Positions 45,780 to 54,786 are shown, counted from the stretch's first letter. The stretch: 64,000 nucleotides of DNA from Dehalococcoidia bacterium (GCA_030018455.1 JASEFU010000007.1:27897-91896); one strand, 5' to 3'. The notes: generated by a model not told the origin, from the letters alone. Program-made: numbers and translations.

Positions 45780-47032
45780 GCTGTCGCCTTCCTCTCGATA
45801 ACGCTGCCGATCAGCGACCACGGGCTCGCCTTCTCGATGCGCACGCGCGCCAGGTCGCCGGGCCGCAGCTCGCCGTCGAAGTGGACGAGCTTCCCCGAAC
45901 GGGTGCGCCCGCTCCACCTGCCGCGGCGCCGTTCCTCGACCAGCACCTCCTGAACAGTACCGACAAGGGCGGCGTTTATCTCTCCCGCCACCCGCGCCTC
46001 CAGCTCCTCGACCGCCTGCAGCCGCGCCTGCTTTGCTTCCGGCGGCACGTCGTCCGCCATCTTGCGGGCGGCGATGGTGCCCGGACGCGGCGAGTAGGCG
46101 GCCACGTGCACCTTGTCGAAGCGCAGATCCGCCAGCACGTCGTACGTGCGGCGGAACTGCTCGTCGCTCTCGCCGCAGAAGCCGACGATGACGTCGGTGC
46201 TGATCCCCGCGTCCGGCATCGCGCGCCGTATGCTTTCGACGACCGCGCGGTACTGCTCGACGGTATATCCGCGCCGCATGCGCGCGAGCACCTCATCGTC
46301 CCCCGATTGCAGGGGCAGGCTGAAGCACTCGCAGACCTTCGGCAGCTCCGCGACCGCCTCGATTATGCGCTCCGTCAAATCGGCGGGGTACGAGGTCAGG
46401 AAGCGGATGCGCTCCAGCCCGTCGACATCGTGAAGCGAGCGCATCATGTCGGCGAGGTCGGGCCGGTCAGGCAAATCGTGTCCGTACGCCTCGACCGACT
46501 GCCCGAGGAGCGTGACCTCACGCGCGCCGCCGGCGGCCAGGCGCTCGACCTCGCGCCGCACCTCGTCGATCGGGCGGCTGCGCTCACGGCCCCGCCGGTA
46601 AGGGACGATGCAGTACGAGCAGAACCTGTTGCAGCCGTGAATCACCGGCACGTAGGCGGTCGGGCCGCCGGGCACGGGAAAGACGCCGTCCCAGAAGCCG
46701 CCGCCGCAGGGCGCGCCGGCAAGCCCGCCGATCTCGTCGAAGGCCTGCGGGGGCGCGAAGGCGTCGACGTACGGGAAGCGCTTCCGCAAGTCGTCGAGGT
46801 GCGGCCCGACGAGGCAGCCCGTGAGCGCGATCTTGACGCCGTTCCGCCGCGCTTTCAGCCGCCGCAACGCCGCCAGCTTGTTTACGGCGCGGTTCTCGGC
46901 GTGCTCGCGGACGACGCACGTGTTGACGACGATCAGATCGGCGTCCTCGACGCGTTCCGTCTGCTCGTGGCCCAGCAGGTCGAGCCCGGCCGCCAGCTTC
47001 GCCGAGTCGGCGATGTTCATCTGACAGCCCAT
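45776..47032 (-). CDS. miaB: tRNA-2-methylthio-N6-dimethylallyladenosine synthase (MiaB, radical SAM methylthiotransferase)
   Basis: 418 aa. It has the N-terminal cluster Cys in GCQMNIADS, VNTCVVRE, the radical SAM motif CNRFCSYCIVPYRRG, and a C-terminal TRAM domain. The conserved strand RYHIWT lies upstream of the first ATG, so the start is uncertain. Confidence 0.85.
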   Translation of the reverse strand: MGCQMNIADSAKLAAGLDLLGHEQTERVEDADLIVVNTCVVREHAENRAVNKLAALRRLKARRNGVKIALTGCLVGPHLDDLRKRFPYVDAFAPPQAFDEIGGLAGAPCGGGFWDGVFPVPGGPTAYVPVIHGCNRFCSYCIVPYRRGRERSRPIDEVRREVERLAAGGAREVTLLGQSVEAYGHDLPDRPDLADMMRSLHDVDGLERIRFLTSYPADLTERIIEAVAELPKVCECFSLPLQSGDDEVLARMRRGYTVEQYRAVVESIRRAMPDAGISTDVIVGFCGESDEQFRRTYDVLADLRFDKVHVAAYSPRPGTIAARKMADDVPPEAKQARLQAVEELEARVAGEINAALVGTVQEVLVEERRRGRWSGRTRSGKLVHFDGELRPGDLARVRIEKASPWSLIGSVIERKATA

Positions 47033-47111
47033 CGTCCAGATGTGGTAGCGCAGGTCGGTCTCCCCTTCGAAAAGAAAGCCCCTCGGGAAGGGGCAAAGTC
47101 GCGATGGTGCA

Positions 47112-47203
47112 TGGCGGAGGGAATGGGATTCGAACCCATGACCCCGGTTTCCCAGGGTAACCGCTTAGCAGGCGGCCGCACTAGACCACTATGCGATCCC
47201 TCC
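47112..47203 (-). tRNA. tRNA-Ser (anticodon GCU), long variable arm, CCA encoded
   Basis: Manual fold on the minus strand: acceptor GGAGGGA/TCCCTCC, 3-bp D stem, anticodon stem GCCGC/GCGGT, loop CTGCTAA, variable arm CCCTGG-GAAA-CCGGGG, T arm ATGGG-TTCGAAT-CCCAT, G plus CCA. 92 nt. Confidence 0.9.
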
Positions 47204-47450
47204 GCAAGTGTCAATGTTAGCATGGCGGGGAGGGCCTTTCAAGGCTGGGCGGTCGTCGGTCCCGCCGAGGTGCAGGATCTGTTCGATGCGTCGGCCACAT
47301 CGCACGTCCTCCTTCGAAGCACGGCTCGCGGCCTCTATCTGCGCAGTTGGGGAGGGAACCTCCCAAACCCCCTGACAGGGTCCCTGCCTCCTGTACCCCC
47401 GTTAACGCGGCCACAGACGCCTCCGCTACTCGCGGAATTCCGCCGCACGT

Positions 47451-48128
47451 TCAAGAACTGCTTACTGCCAAGAAAGGATGGTAAAGCTTTGCCGAGGGGC
47501 AGCCCTGACGCAGCGCGCACTCCGGACAGCGCGGACGGCGCGCCACGCACGTGCGGCGCCCATGCGCGATAAGGTACACATGGAAGTCGTACATGTGCCC
47601 CGGCGACGCCATCGACTCCAGCGTTTCCTGTGCCCGCCGCGTCGACGCCCTTGGCGAGATGAGTCCCAGCCGCCAGGCGACGCGGTGTACGTGCGTGTCG
47701 ACGGGCATCGCCGGCATGTCGAACGAGAAGAGGAGCACGACGGCCGCCGTCTTCGGTCCCACGCCGGGCAGCGACTCCAGCCACGATTTCGCCTCGCCAA
47801 GCGGCAGCGACGCCGGCGCCCGCAGGTCGAGCGCGCCCCCCCGCCGGCGCACCTCGTCGAGCAGCGCCTTTATGCGCGCGGCCTTCGTCGGGCCCAGCCC
47901 GCCGACGCGGACCGCGTCCTCGATTTCGGCGACGCTCGCCCTCGCGGCCAGCTCCCAGTCCGCGAAGGACGCCTTCAGCCGGTCGAACGCCCGCTCCGAG
48001 TTCACGTCCGACGTGTTCTGCGACAGCACCCCCAGGACGAGTTCGTCGAGGGGGGCGCGCCGCTGTCTTCGCGGGAGGGGGCCGTACGCGGCCCTCAGCC
48101 GTTGTATGATTTCGGTCGCTTCGAGCAT
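47451..48128 (-). CDS. nth: Endonuclease III (HhH-GPD DNA glycosylase with 4Fe-4S cluster)
   Basis: 225 aa. It has a helix-hairpin-helix region (LPGVGPKTAAVVLLF), the catalytic D in VDTHVHRV, and the C-terminal cluster CVARRPRCPECALRQGC. Confidence 0.85.
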   Translation of the reverse strand: MLEATEIIQRLRAAYGPLPRRQRRAPLDELVLGVLSQNTSDVNSERAFDRLKASFADWELAARASVAEIEDAVRVGGLGPTKAARIKALLDEVRRRGGALDLRAPASLPLGEAKSWLESLPGVGPKTAAVVLLFSFDMPAMPVDTHVHRVAWRLGLISPRASTRRAQETLESMASPGHMYDFHVYLIAHGRRTCVARRPRCPECALRQGCPSAKLYHPFLAVSSS

Positions 48129-48299
48129 GTCTCGCGTGGACTCACGATTCCCACCGGGCTGCTTCTACCGAACTGACGTGGAGGGCTGAATCCCTTCTCT
48201 CCATTTGGCCCTCTCCACGGACGCCGGACCAAAGGTCAGGCCCTGTTTTCCGTGCGCGACGGCTGAATGGGAGCGTCCTGTCATTACCCCCAGACTCAT

Positions 48300-48307
48300 T
48301 GTATAAT
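48300..48307 (+). promoter_or_regulatory. Candidate extended -10 promoter (TGTATAAT) for the selD operon
   Basis: TGTATAAT lies at 48300-48307, about 50 nt upstream of ATG 48358. I see no convincing -35. Confidence 0.4.
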
Positions 48308-48357
48308 CGCCTGAAGAGTTGGCCGCCAGCGCCAACAGCCACAACAGCGAGGGAGAG

Positions 48358-49416
48358 ATGACGCAGAGCGAGGGACAAGAAGTCCGCCTCACACGGCTCG
48401 CGTCGTGCGCCGGCTGAGCGGGCAAGGCGGGGATCGCCCTACTGGCGCAGGTCGTGCGCCCGCTCGCTGAGGCGTTCAAGCCGCAGGACTACCCGGACCT
48501 CATCGTCGGGCTCGCCGGGCTGGATGACGCTGCCGTCTACAAGCTCAGCGACGACCTCGCGATCGTGCTGACGACGGATTTCTTCCCTCCCGTTGTGGAC
48601 GACCCGTACGTGTTTGGGGCCGTCGCCGCCGCCAACGCCATGAGCGACGTTTTCGCCATGGGCGGCGAGGTCGTCCTCGCGCTGAACGTCGTCGGCTTCC
48701 CCGAAGACGCGCCGCCGGAGGTCCTGGGCGAGATCCTCAGGGGCGGCGCGGCGAAGGTCGCCGAGGCGGGCGGCGCCATCGCCGGCGGCCACACCGTGTA
48801 CGACCGCGAACCCAAGTACGGGCTGTGTGTCCTAGGCACCGTCGATCCGCGAAAGCTCATCAGGCGCAGCGGCTCGCAGCCCGGGGACGCGCTCGTCCTG
48901 ACCAAGCCCCTGGGAACGGCCATCATCCTCACTGCCGAAGAGGTGGACATGGCCGATCCCGCTCACGTCCGGGCAGCGGTCGACTCCATGCTCGCCCTCA
49001 ACCGCCGTCCGTCGCAGATCGCCCGCGAAGTCGGGGTCCACGCCATGGCCGACGTCACCGGCTTCGGGCTGATGGGCCACGGCGCCGAGATGGCGGAGGC
49101 GGGAAGCGTCGCCTTCGAGTTCGAGGCGTCGCGCCTGCCGCTGCTGCCCGGCGCGCTCGATTACGCCGACCGAGGGATCGGTACCGGCGGCGGCGCGCGC
49201 AACCGCTCCGCCCTTGAGGCCACGGTCACTATCGATGACAGCGTAGCCGAATCGATGCGGCAGGTCCTGTTCGACCCGCAGACATCGGGCGGGCTGCTGA
49301 TCGCCCTTCCCGAAGAGCGGGCGATCGAGTTGGAGCGACGGATGACTGCGGAGGGGCTCGCCTTCTGGCGGGTCGGCCGCGTCGTTGAGGGCTCGGGAGT
49401 GAGGGTGCTGCCGTGA
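48358..49416 (+). CDS. selD: Selenide, water dikinase (selenophosphate synthetase) SelD, itself a selenoprotein (in-frame TGA 48415-48417)
   Basis: The track ORF starts only at 48454. Extending the same frame upstream gives ATG 48358 (RBS GAGGGAGAG): MTQSEGQEVRLTRLASCAG-U-AGKAGIALLAQVVRPLAEAF... The U aligns with the catalytic Cys/Sec of the SelD G-(C/U)-G-C-K loop. The rest is an AIR-synthase-like fold (DDAAVYKL, DFFPPVVDDPYVFG, ANAMSDVFAMGG). Confidence 0.8.
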
Positions 49417-50126
49417 GACCGCGACTCGTCCTGATTACGGCGGCCGCAACGCTGGTTGCGTCCGTTGCGCTCTCCTGCGGCGACGGCGATGGCGGAGAGG
49501 GCACGCCGGTGGCGCTCCCGCCCGGCGACGAGGTGCTTGCGGACGCCGTCGCAGCGGTCGATACCATGAAAACGTTCCACTTCCGCCTCGAGCACGAGAA
49601 CGGCGCGTCCCGCATCCCGCTCGATCTCGACCTCGTGACGGCGGAGGGCAACGTAGTCGTGCCCGACCGGCTGTGGGCGAGGCTGGAAGCGAGAGCAGGC
49701 CGCCAGACGGTGCGCGTCGAGGTCATCGGCATCGGCGATGAAGGCTGGATCACCAACCCGTTCAACCGTCAGTGGCAGCCGCTGCCCTCCGGCACGACGA
49801 TAAAGGACGTCTTCGACCCAGCGCAGGGGGTGAAGGTGGTGGCGGATTCCCTCGTGGCCCCGCAGGTTACCGGCGAGGAAGAGGTGGACGGCGTGCCCAG
49901 CTACGTGCTGGAAGGGACGGTAGCGTCGGAGGTGCTGGAGGCGGCGGCGCCCATCGCCGAGCCCGGCTTCACGATTCGCGTCAGGGCGTGGGTGGGGAAA
50001 GACGATTCGCTGATGCGCCGCATCTACCTCGAAGGGCCCATCGCCGCCGACGAGCCGCAGGACATCGTGCGCAAGCTCCACATCTCCCGCTACAATGAGC
50101 CCGTCACTGTGACGCCCCCGCCCTGA
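49413..50126 (+). CDS. LppX/LprAFG-family lipoprotein (LprG-like)
   Basis: 237 aa with a GTG start overlapping the selD stop (GTGA). The lipobox-like signal is LVASVALSCGDG. It is colinear by eye with mycobacterial LprG (..AEGNV.., ..W..NQW.., DVFDPAQG.., ..VDG..Y.LEG.V.., C-terminal ..VTVTPPP). Confidence 0.7.
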   Translation: MRPRLVLITAAATLVASVALSCGDGDGGEGTPVALPPGDEVLADAVAAVDTMKTFHFRLEHENGASRIPLDLDLVTAEGNVVVPDRLWARLEARAGRQTVRVEVIGIGDEGWITNPFNRQWQPLPSGTTIKDVFDPAQGVKVVADSLVAPQVTGEEEVDGVPSYVLEGTVASEVLEAAAPIAEPGFTIRVRAWVGKDDSLMRRIYLEGPIAADEPQDIVRKLHISRYNEPVTVTPPP

Positions 50127-51622
50127 TGTCACAGACGATAACCGACTCCGTGCGCAACTGGGCGCTCTCCCGCCCGCAGATGGCGACGACATGGCTGCTC
50201 ATTGCCGTCGGGTTCGCCGTCTTCCTCGGCGCCCTCGACCAGACGGTCGTGGTCACCCTCCTCGAACCGATACTGGAGGGCGTGAACGTCCCCCTCGACC
50301 AGTTCTACCGCGCGGCGTGGATCATCAACGGCTACATCCTGGGGTACGTCGTCGCCATGCCGCTGATGGGGCGCGTCGCCGACGTCTACGGGCACAGCCG
50401 CATCTTTCTCCTGGCGCTCGCAGTTTTCCTTATCGCGTCGCTGTGGGTCTCGGCCTGTCAGAGCCTGGAGATGCTGATCGTCGCTCGGGCGGTGCAGGCG
50501 CTGGGGGCGGGCGCGCTCGTGCCCATCTCGATGGCGATCGTGGCCCAGCACGTGCCGCCGGAGCGGCGGGCGCTGAGCTTCGGGCTGCTGGGCGCCGCGG
50601 CCGAGGGCGGCGGGCTGTTGGGGCCGCTATGGGGCGGTAGCTGGGTGGAGCTGCTCGGCTGGCGCGGCCACTTCTGGATCAACGTCCCGCTGTGCATACC
50701 GGTCATCGTCATCGTCCTGCTTATGACGCGGCGGGAGGAGAAGCAGCCCGTCGCCGTCGACTACATGGGCGGGATGCTGATCGCGGGCGCGCTGACGTCG
50801 CTCGCCGTCGCCCTCACCGACGACCCCGTCGCCGGGCGCGCGTGGTGGATCAACCTGCTCCTTTATCTGACCGCGGCCGCGTTCACCATCGCCTTCATCT
50901 GGCGCGAGCGCGTCGCCCGCACGCCGATGCTTGCGCTATCGCTGTTCCGCTCCGCCGTCTTCGCGGCCGGCAACTTCACGCACATGCTTATGGGCGGCGG
51001 ACTGATCGTCGCCATGGTGTCGGTGCCCGTCTTCACCATCGCCATCCTGGGCGGCTCCTACTTCGAAGGGGGGCTAAACCTGATGCGTCTGACCGTGATG
51101 CTGCCCGTCGGTGCCGTTGCCGGCGGCTACCTCTCGGGCTGGCTCGGCTACAACCGCACGACGGCGATAGGCATGGCGATAAGCGGCCTCGGCTTCTTCC
51201 TCATGCACTTCTGGACGGACGAAATCGCCGACCCCTGGTTCACGCTGAACCTGCTGCTGACCGGCCTCGGCTTCGGGCTCGTGATTGCCCCCATCAGCGC
51301 CGCCGTCATCAACTCCGTCGCCGAGCGAGATAGGGCGACGGCGTCGGCGCTGCTCACGGTGATGCGCCTCGTCGGGATGCTGATAGGCGTGGCGCTGCTG
51401 ACGTCGCGAGGGCTGGGGCGCTTCTACGAGCTGGCGGGCGGCGTCGGTCTGGACGACCCGCAGTACGAGGAGAAGGTGCGAAGCCTCGAGGTGTCGAGTT
51501 TCAGCGACACGTTCCTGGTGGCGGCGCTGGTGTGTTTCGCCGCGGTCGTGCCGGCGATGCTGATCGGCCGCGGGGTCGCGCGTCGCTTCCGCCTCACCGA
51601 AGTCTGGCGCGCCCCCCACTAG
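50126..51622 (+). CDS. MFS transporter, DHA2-like (14 TM), P55/Rv1410c-like partner of LprG
   Basis: 498 aa. Its ATG overlaps the upstream stop (TGATG). The MFS motif A-like sequence is MPLMGRVADVYGHSRIF, and I count about 14 hydrophobic segments. Confidence 0.8.
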   Translation: MSQTITDSVRNWALSRPQMATTWLLIAVGFAVFLGALDQTVVVTLLEPILEGVNVPLDQFYRAAWIINGYILGYVVAMPLMGRVADVYGHSRIFLLALAVFLIASLWVSACQSLEMLIVARAVQALGAGALVPISMAIVAQHVPPERRALSFGLLGAAAEGGGLLGPLWGGSWVELLGWRGHFWINVPLCIPVIVIVLLMTRREEKQPVAVDYMGGMLIAGALTSLAVALTDDPVAGRAWWINLLLYLTAAAFTIAFIWRERVARTPMLALSLFRSAVFAAGNFTHMLMGGGLIVAMVSVPVFTIAILGGSYFEGGLNLMRLTVMLPVGAVAGGYLSGWLGYNRTTAIGMAISGLGFFLMHFWTDEIADPWFTLNLLLTGLGFGLVIAPISAAVINSVAERDRATASALLTVMRLVGMLIGVALLTSRGLGRFYELAGGVGLDDPQYEEKVRSLEVSSFSDTFLVAALVCFAAVVPAMLIGRGVARRFRLTEVWRAPH

Positions 51623-51702
51623 CGGGGCCTGCCATGCAATGCTGGCTGGCCGGGCACGCCTGCCCGCCGCACGCGGGTAGGCCCGACCCTGCCGGCGAGA
51701 CG

Positions 51703-51752
51703 TTACATGGCGCGGAGGAGGGCGATGCGCTCCTCGATGGGCGGGTGCGTGA
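51703..51752 (-). repeat. Orphan duplicate of the last 15 codons plus the stop of htpX
   Basis: It is 46/50 identical to 51789-51838. The minus strand reads (V)THPPIEERIALLRAM-TAA versus the genuine (A)THPPIEERIALLRAM-TGA. A 9-bp-stem hairpin (51765-51785) lies between the copies. Confidence 0.8.
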
Positions 51753-51788
51753 CCTCACCTCGTAGGTCGGGCATCTTGCCCGACCCCA

Positions 51789-52718
51789 TCACATCGCGCG
51801 AAGGAGGGCGATGCGCTCCTCGATGGGCGGGTGCGTGGCAAACAGGTTGTTCAGGAAACTCTTGTGCTCTCGCAGCGGATTATTGATGTACAGGTGCGCC
51901 GTCGCCTTATTCGCCACCTCCAGCGGGTCGGGGTCCGCCGCTATCTTCTCCAGCGCCCGCGCCAGTCCCTCAGGGTAGCGCGTCAGCAGCGCCCCCGACG
52001 CGTCCGCCAGGTACTCCCGCTGCCTCGACAGCGCAAAGCGGATGAGCTGTGCCGCTATCGGCGTCAGTATGATCGCGACGATGGCGAAGGCGTAAATGAA
52101 CGGGGCGGCGCCACCCCCGCCGCGGCCGCGGTTGCTCGAACGGCTGCCCGCGCCCCAGAACGTGAGGCGCAGCATCAGGTCGGCCATGAGCGCGATCAGC
52201 CCCACGAGCACCACGACGACCGTCATCAGCCGGATATCGTAGTTGCCGATGTGCGACAGCTCGTGCGCGATGACGCCTTCCAGCTCCAGGTGGTCGAGTT
52301 TCTCCAGCAGTCCCCGCGTCACGCAGACCACCGCGTGGTCGGGGTCGCGGCCGGTGGCGAAGGCGTTCGGCGAGCCGTCCTCGATGACGTAGACCTTCGG
52401 CATGGGCAGACCGGCGCCGATGCACAGGTTCTCCACCGTCCGCAGCAATTCCGGCTCCTGCGCCTTCGTCACCTCGCGCGCCTGCGAGATCGCGAGCGTG
52501 ACGCGCGTCGAGGCGTAGTAGCTGAAAATGGCGTAAATCACCGCCATGCCGATAAGCACGGGGACGATGACGAGCGGCAGCCCGAGGGCGATATCGATGG
52601 CGACGGCCATGACGCCCACGAGCGCCACGAAGCCGACGAGCAGCAGCCAGGTGGCGCGACGGTTCTTGTCGATCTGGTCGTAGATGAGGACGGGCTTCGT
52701 CGGCGTTTTGTCGGTCAA
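51789..52718 (-). CDS. htpX: Zinc metalloprotease HtpX (peptidase M48)
   Basis: 309 aa. It has HELSHIGNYD (HEXXH), four TM segments, and the C-terminal ...THPPIEERIALL typical of HtpX. Confidence 0.9.
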   Translation of the reverse strand: MTDKTPTKPVLIYDQIDKNRRATWLLLVGFVALVGVMAVAIDIALGLPLVIVPVLIGMAVIYAIFSYYASTRVTLAISQAREVTKAQEPELLRTVENLCIGAGLPMPKVYVIEDGSPNAFATGRDPDHAVVCVTRGLLEKLDHLELEGVIAHELSHIGNYDIRLMTVVVVLVGLIALMADLMLRLTFWGAGSRSSNRGRGGGGAAPFIYAFAIVAIILTPIAAQLIRFALSRQREYLADASGALLTRYPEGLARALEKIAADPDPLEVANKATAHLYINNPLREHKSFLNNLFATHPPIEERIALLRAM

Positions 52719-53284
52719 CGCTGGAAGCTGACCTCCGGCGCCTCGCGTGCTCCTTCCTCGGCCTCGAAGAACTCGAAGGGCTGGAAGTTGAACATGCGGG
52801 CGATGAATACGTTCGGCACGACAAGGATGCGGCTGTTGAAGTCGGTCACGTTGCGGTTGTAGAACTGGCGGGCGTAGGCGATCTTCTCCTCGATGTCGGA
52901 AAGCTCCTGTTGCAGCGCCATGAAGTTCTCGCTCGCCCGCAGCTGCGGGTAGTTCTCCGCCACTGCGAACAGCGACCGCAGGGCCTGTGTTAGCTGGTTG
53001 TTCGCCTCAGCCGCCTGGGCCGGGCCTTCCGCCTGTTGCAGCATCGAGCGGGCGCGCGTGACGTTCTCGAACACTGCGCGCTCGTGCTCCGCGTAGCCGC
53101 GCACCGTCTCGACGAGGTTGGGCACGAGATCGGCGCGGCGCTTGAGCTGGACGTCGATTCCCGACCATGCCTCCTGTGTCCGCACCTTCGAGCGCACAAG
53201 GCCGTTGTAGATGCCGAGCGTGAACAGCACCATCAAGACGACGATGACAATCACGACGGCGAGGACGATGAGGGCTGCCGTCAC
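52715..53284 (-). CDS. lemA: LemA family protein
   Basis: 189 aa with a GTG start 7 nt after GGAGG. It has an N-terminal TM helix then YNGLVRSKVRTQEAWSGIDVQLKRRADLVPNLVETV. It overlaps htpX by 4 nt, a common LemA-HtpX pairing. Confidence 0.85.
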   Translation of the reverse strand: MTAALIVLAVVIVIVVLMVLFTLGIYNGLVRSKVRTQEAWSGIDVQLKRRADLVPNLVETVRGYAEHERAVFENVTRARSMLQQAEGPAQAAEANNQLTQALRSLFAVAENYPQLRASENFMALQQELSDIEEKIAYARQFYNRNVTDFNSRILVVPNVFIARMFNFQPFEFFEAEEGAREAPEVSFQR

Positions 53285-53402
53285 GGTACTGCCTCCTTCG
53301 CAGTTTTGCGCCGAAGCCGACGCGTCGCCTAATTGTAAGCTGTGCGCCTGCGGGTGGGAAGCCCGCCGCGAACAGGAGCACGATCGCCGGGCGGGCGAGA
53401 GC

Positions 53403-53438
53403 CGAAAAGAGAGGAGGCCGGATCTTCCCGGCCCCCTC
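53403..53438 (-). terminator. Rho-independent terminator after thiolase copy 1
   Basis: The minus strand reads GAGGGGGCCGG-gaagat-CCGGCCTCCTC followed by TCTTTTCGG. It lies about 20 nt downstream of the stop at 53460. Confidence 0.65.
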
Positions 53439-53459
53439 GTTCCGGCGGACTATGCCCCG

Positions 53460-54713
53460 TTAGGCCCAGGGGTAGTCTTCGCGCTCCCAGGCGGCGGCGT
53501 AGCCCATGCCGCTCCCCTGGCACAGCGTCGTCAGCGCCCAGCGGCCGCCGTTGCGCCGCAACTGGAAGCCGGCGGTCGTTATCAGGCGCGTGCCCGAGGC
53601 GCCAAGCGGGTGGCCAATGGCGATGGCGCCGCCCCACTGGTTGATCTTCTCCACCACCTTGTCCGATGCTTTCAGCTCCCGGATCCAGTAGTTGAGCACG
53701 CAGGCGAACGCTTCGTTTATCTCGATGACGTCGAAGTCCTCAAGCTTCATTCCCGTGCGCTTGAGCAGCTTCTCCGTCGCCCAGCGCGGGCCCACGCCCA
53801 TAACGTCGGGGTCGACGCCGATCGTTGCGGAGTGCCGGTAGGTGAGCAGCGGCTTCCAGCCCCGCTCCTTGGCGATCTCCTTCGTCGTGACGAGGCAGAG
53901 GGTGCCGCCGTCGTTGCGCGGGCAGGAGTTGCCGGCGGTGACGAAGCCGTCCTCTTTCATGATCGGGCGCAGCCCCGCCAGCGCTTCGAGCGTCGTCTCA
54001 CGGCGCGGCCCCTGGTCCTTGTCGATCGTCTCGCTGGTGCCGTCGGTGTACTTGATTGTCACCGGCATAATCTCGTCTTTGAAGAAGCCGGCGTCCTGGG
54101 CCGCGACTGCCTTCTGTTGGCTGCGCAGCGACCATTCGTCAGCCTCCTCGCGCGTGATTCCGAAGCGTGAGTGCAGGTTCTCGGCCGTCCAGAGCATGTT
54201 CATCAGCATGGGGTTTTTCACGGTGAACCACCAGGGCAGCAACTCCGCGTCCTTCCAGCCCTCGGGATAGGGCATGTCGGACTTTGGCGGCGCAAGGCTG
54301 GGTCCGCGCGTCGCCTGCCCGGCCATCTCCTCCGGCGAGACGACGCCTGTGCGGTCCATCGTCTCGATGCCGCCGGCGAGGATAATGTCGGCTCCTCCCG
54401 CCATCACGCACTGGCATGCTTCAACTGTGGTCTGCAGGGCGCTCGCGCACTGAGTGTTGACGTCCGTGCCCCAGATGCTCTCCGGCAGGCCCGCCTCGAA
54501 GAGGTACGTCCGCGCCTTGGTCAGGGGGCTCGAAAGCATCACCGAGCCCATGTGCACCTCGTCGACGTCCTTCGGGTCGAGGTTGTTGCGCTGCAGCAGG
54601 TACTTGAAGAGGGGGACCATGAGGTCGACATGGGTGATGGCTTTGAACACGCCCCTTCTGCCGGCGCGTCCAAACGGCGTTCGTACCCCATCAACGATTA
54701 CGGCTTCTCGCAT
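53460..54713 (-). CDS. Thiolase (acetyl-CoA C-acyl/acetyltransferase family), copy 1
   Basis: 417 aa. It starts MREAVIVDGVRTPFGRAG. The active-site Cys lies in NTQCASAL, and GNSCPRNDG, GHPLGASG and LCQGSGMG follow. Confidence 0.85.
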   Translation of the reverse strand: MREAVIVDGVRTPFGRAGRRGVFKAITHVDLMVPLFKYLLQRNNLDPKDVDEVHMGSVMLSSPLTKARTYLFEAGLPESIWGTDVNTQCASALQTTVEACQCVMAGGADIILAGGIETMDRTGVVSPEEMAGQATRGPSLAPPKSDMPYPEGWKDAELLPWWFTVKNPMLMNMLWTAENLHSRFGITREEADEWSLRSQQKAVAAQDAGFFKDEIMPVTIKYTDGTSETIDKDQGPRRETTLEALAGLRPIMKEDGFVTAGNSCPRNDGGTLCLVTTKEIAKERGWKPLLTYRHSATIGVDPDVMGVGPRWATEKLLKRTGMKLEDFDVIEINEAFACVLNYWIRELKASDKVVEKINQWGGAIAIGHPLGASGTRLITTAGFQLRRNGGRWALTTLCQGSGMGYAAAWEREDYPWA

Positions 54714-54757
54714 TGCTGTTGCTCCCTTTCTCTGAGTCGTTTGCCTGAGGACAGAAT

Positions 54758-54786
54758 CAGCATATTGACAGACGGATTATGGGTCA
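54758..54786 (-). promoter_or_regulatory. Candidate promoter of thiolase copy 1 (TTGACC-17 nt-TATGCT)
   Basis: On the minus strand the -35 is at 54786-54781 and the -10 at 54763-54758, about 45 nt upstream of the ATG at 54713. Confidence 0.5.

Noticed and set aside
47112-47203. Whether the long-variable-arm tRNA near selD is tRNA-Sec (selC)
   Set aside because: The anticodon loop reads CTGCTAA, giving anticodon GCU rather than UCA. The acceptor stem is 7 bp with an ordinary T arm, so it is tRNA-Ser.
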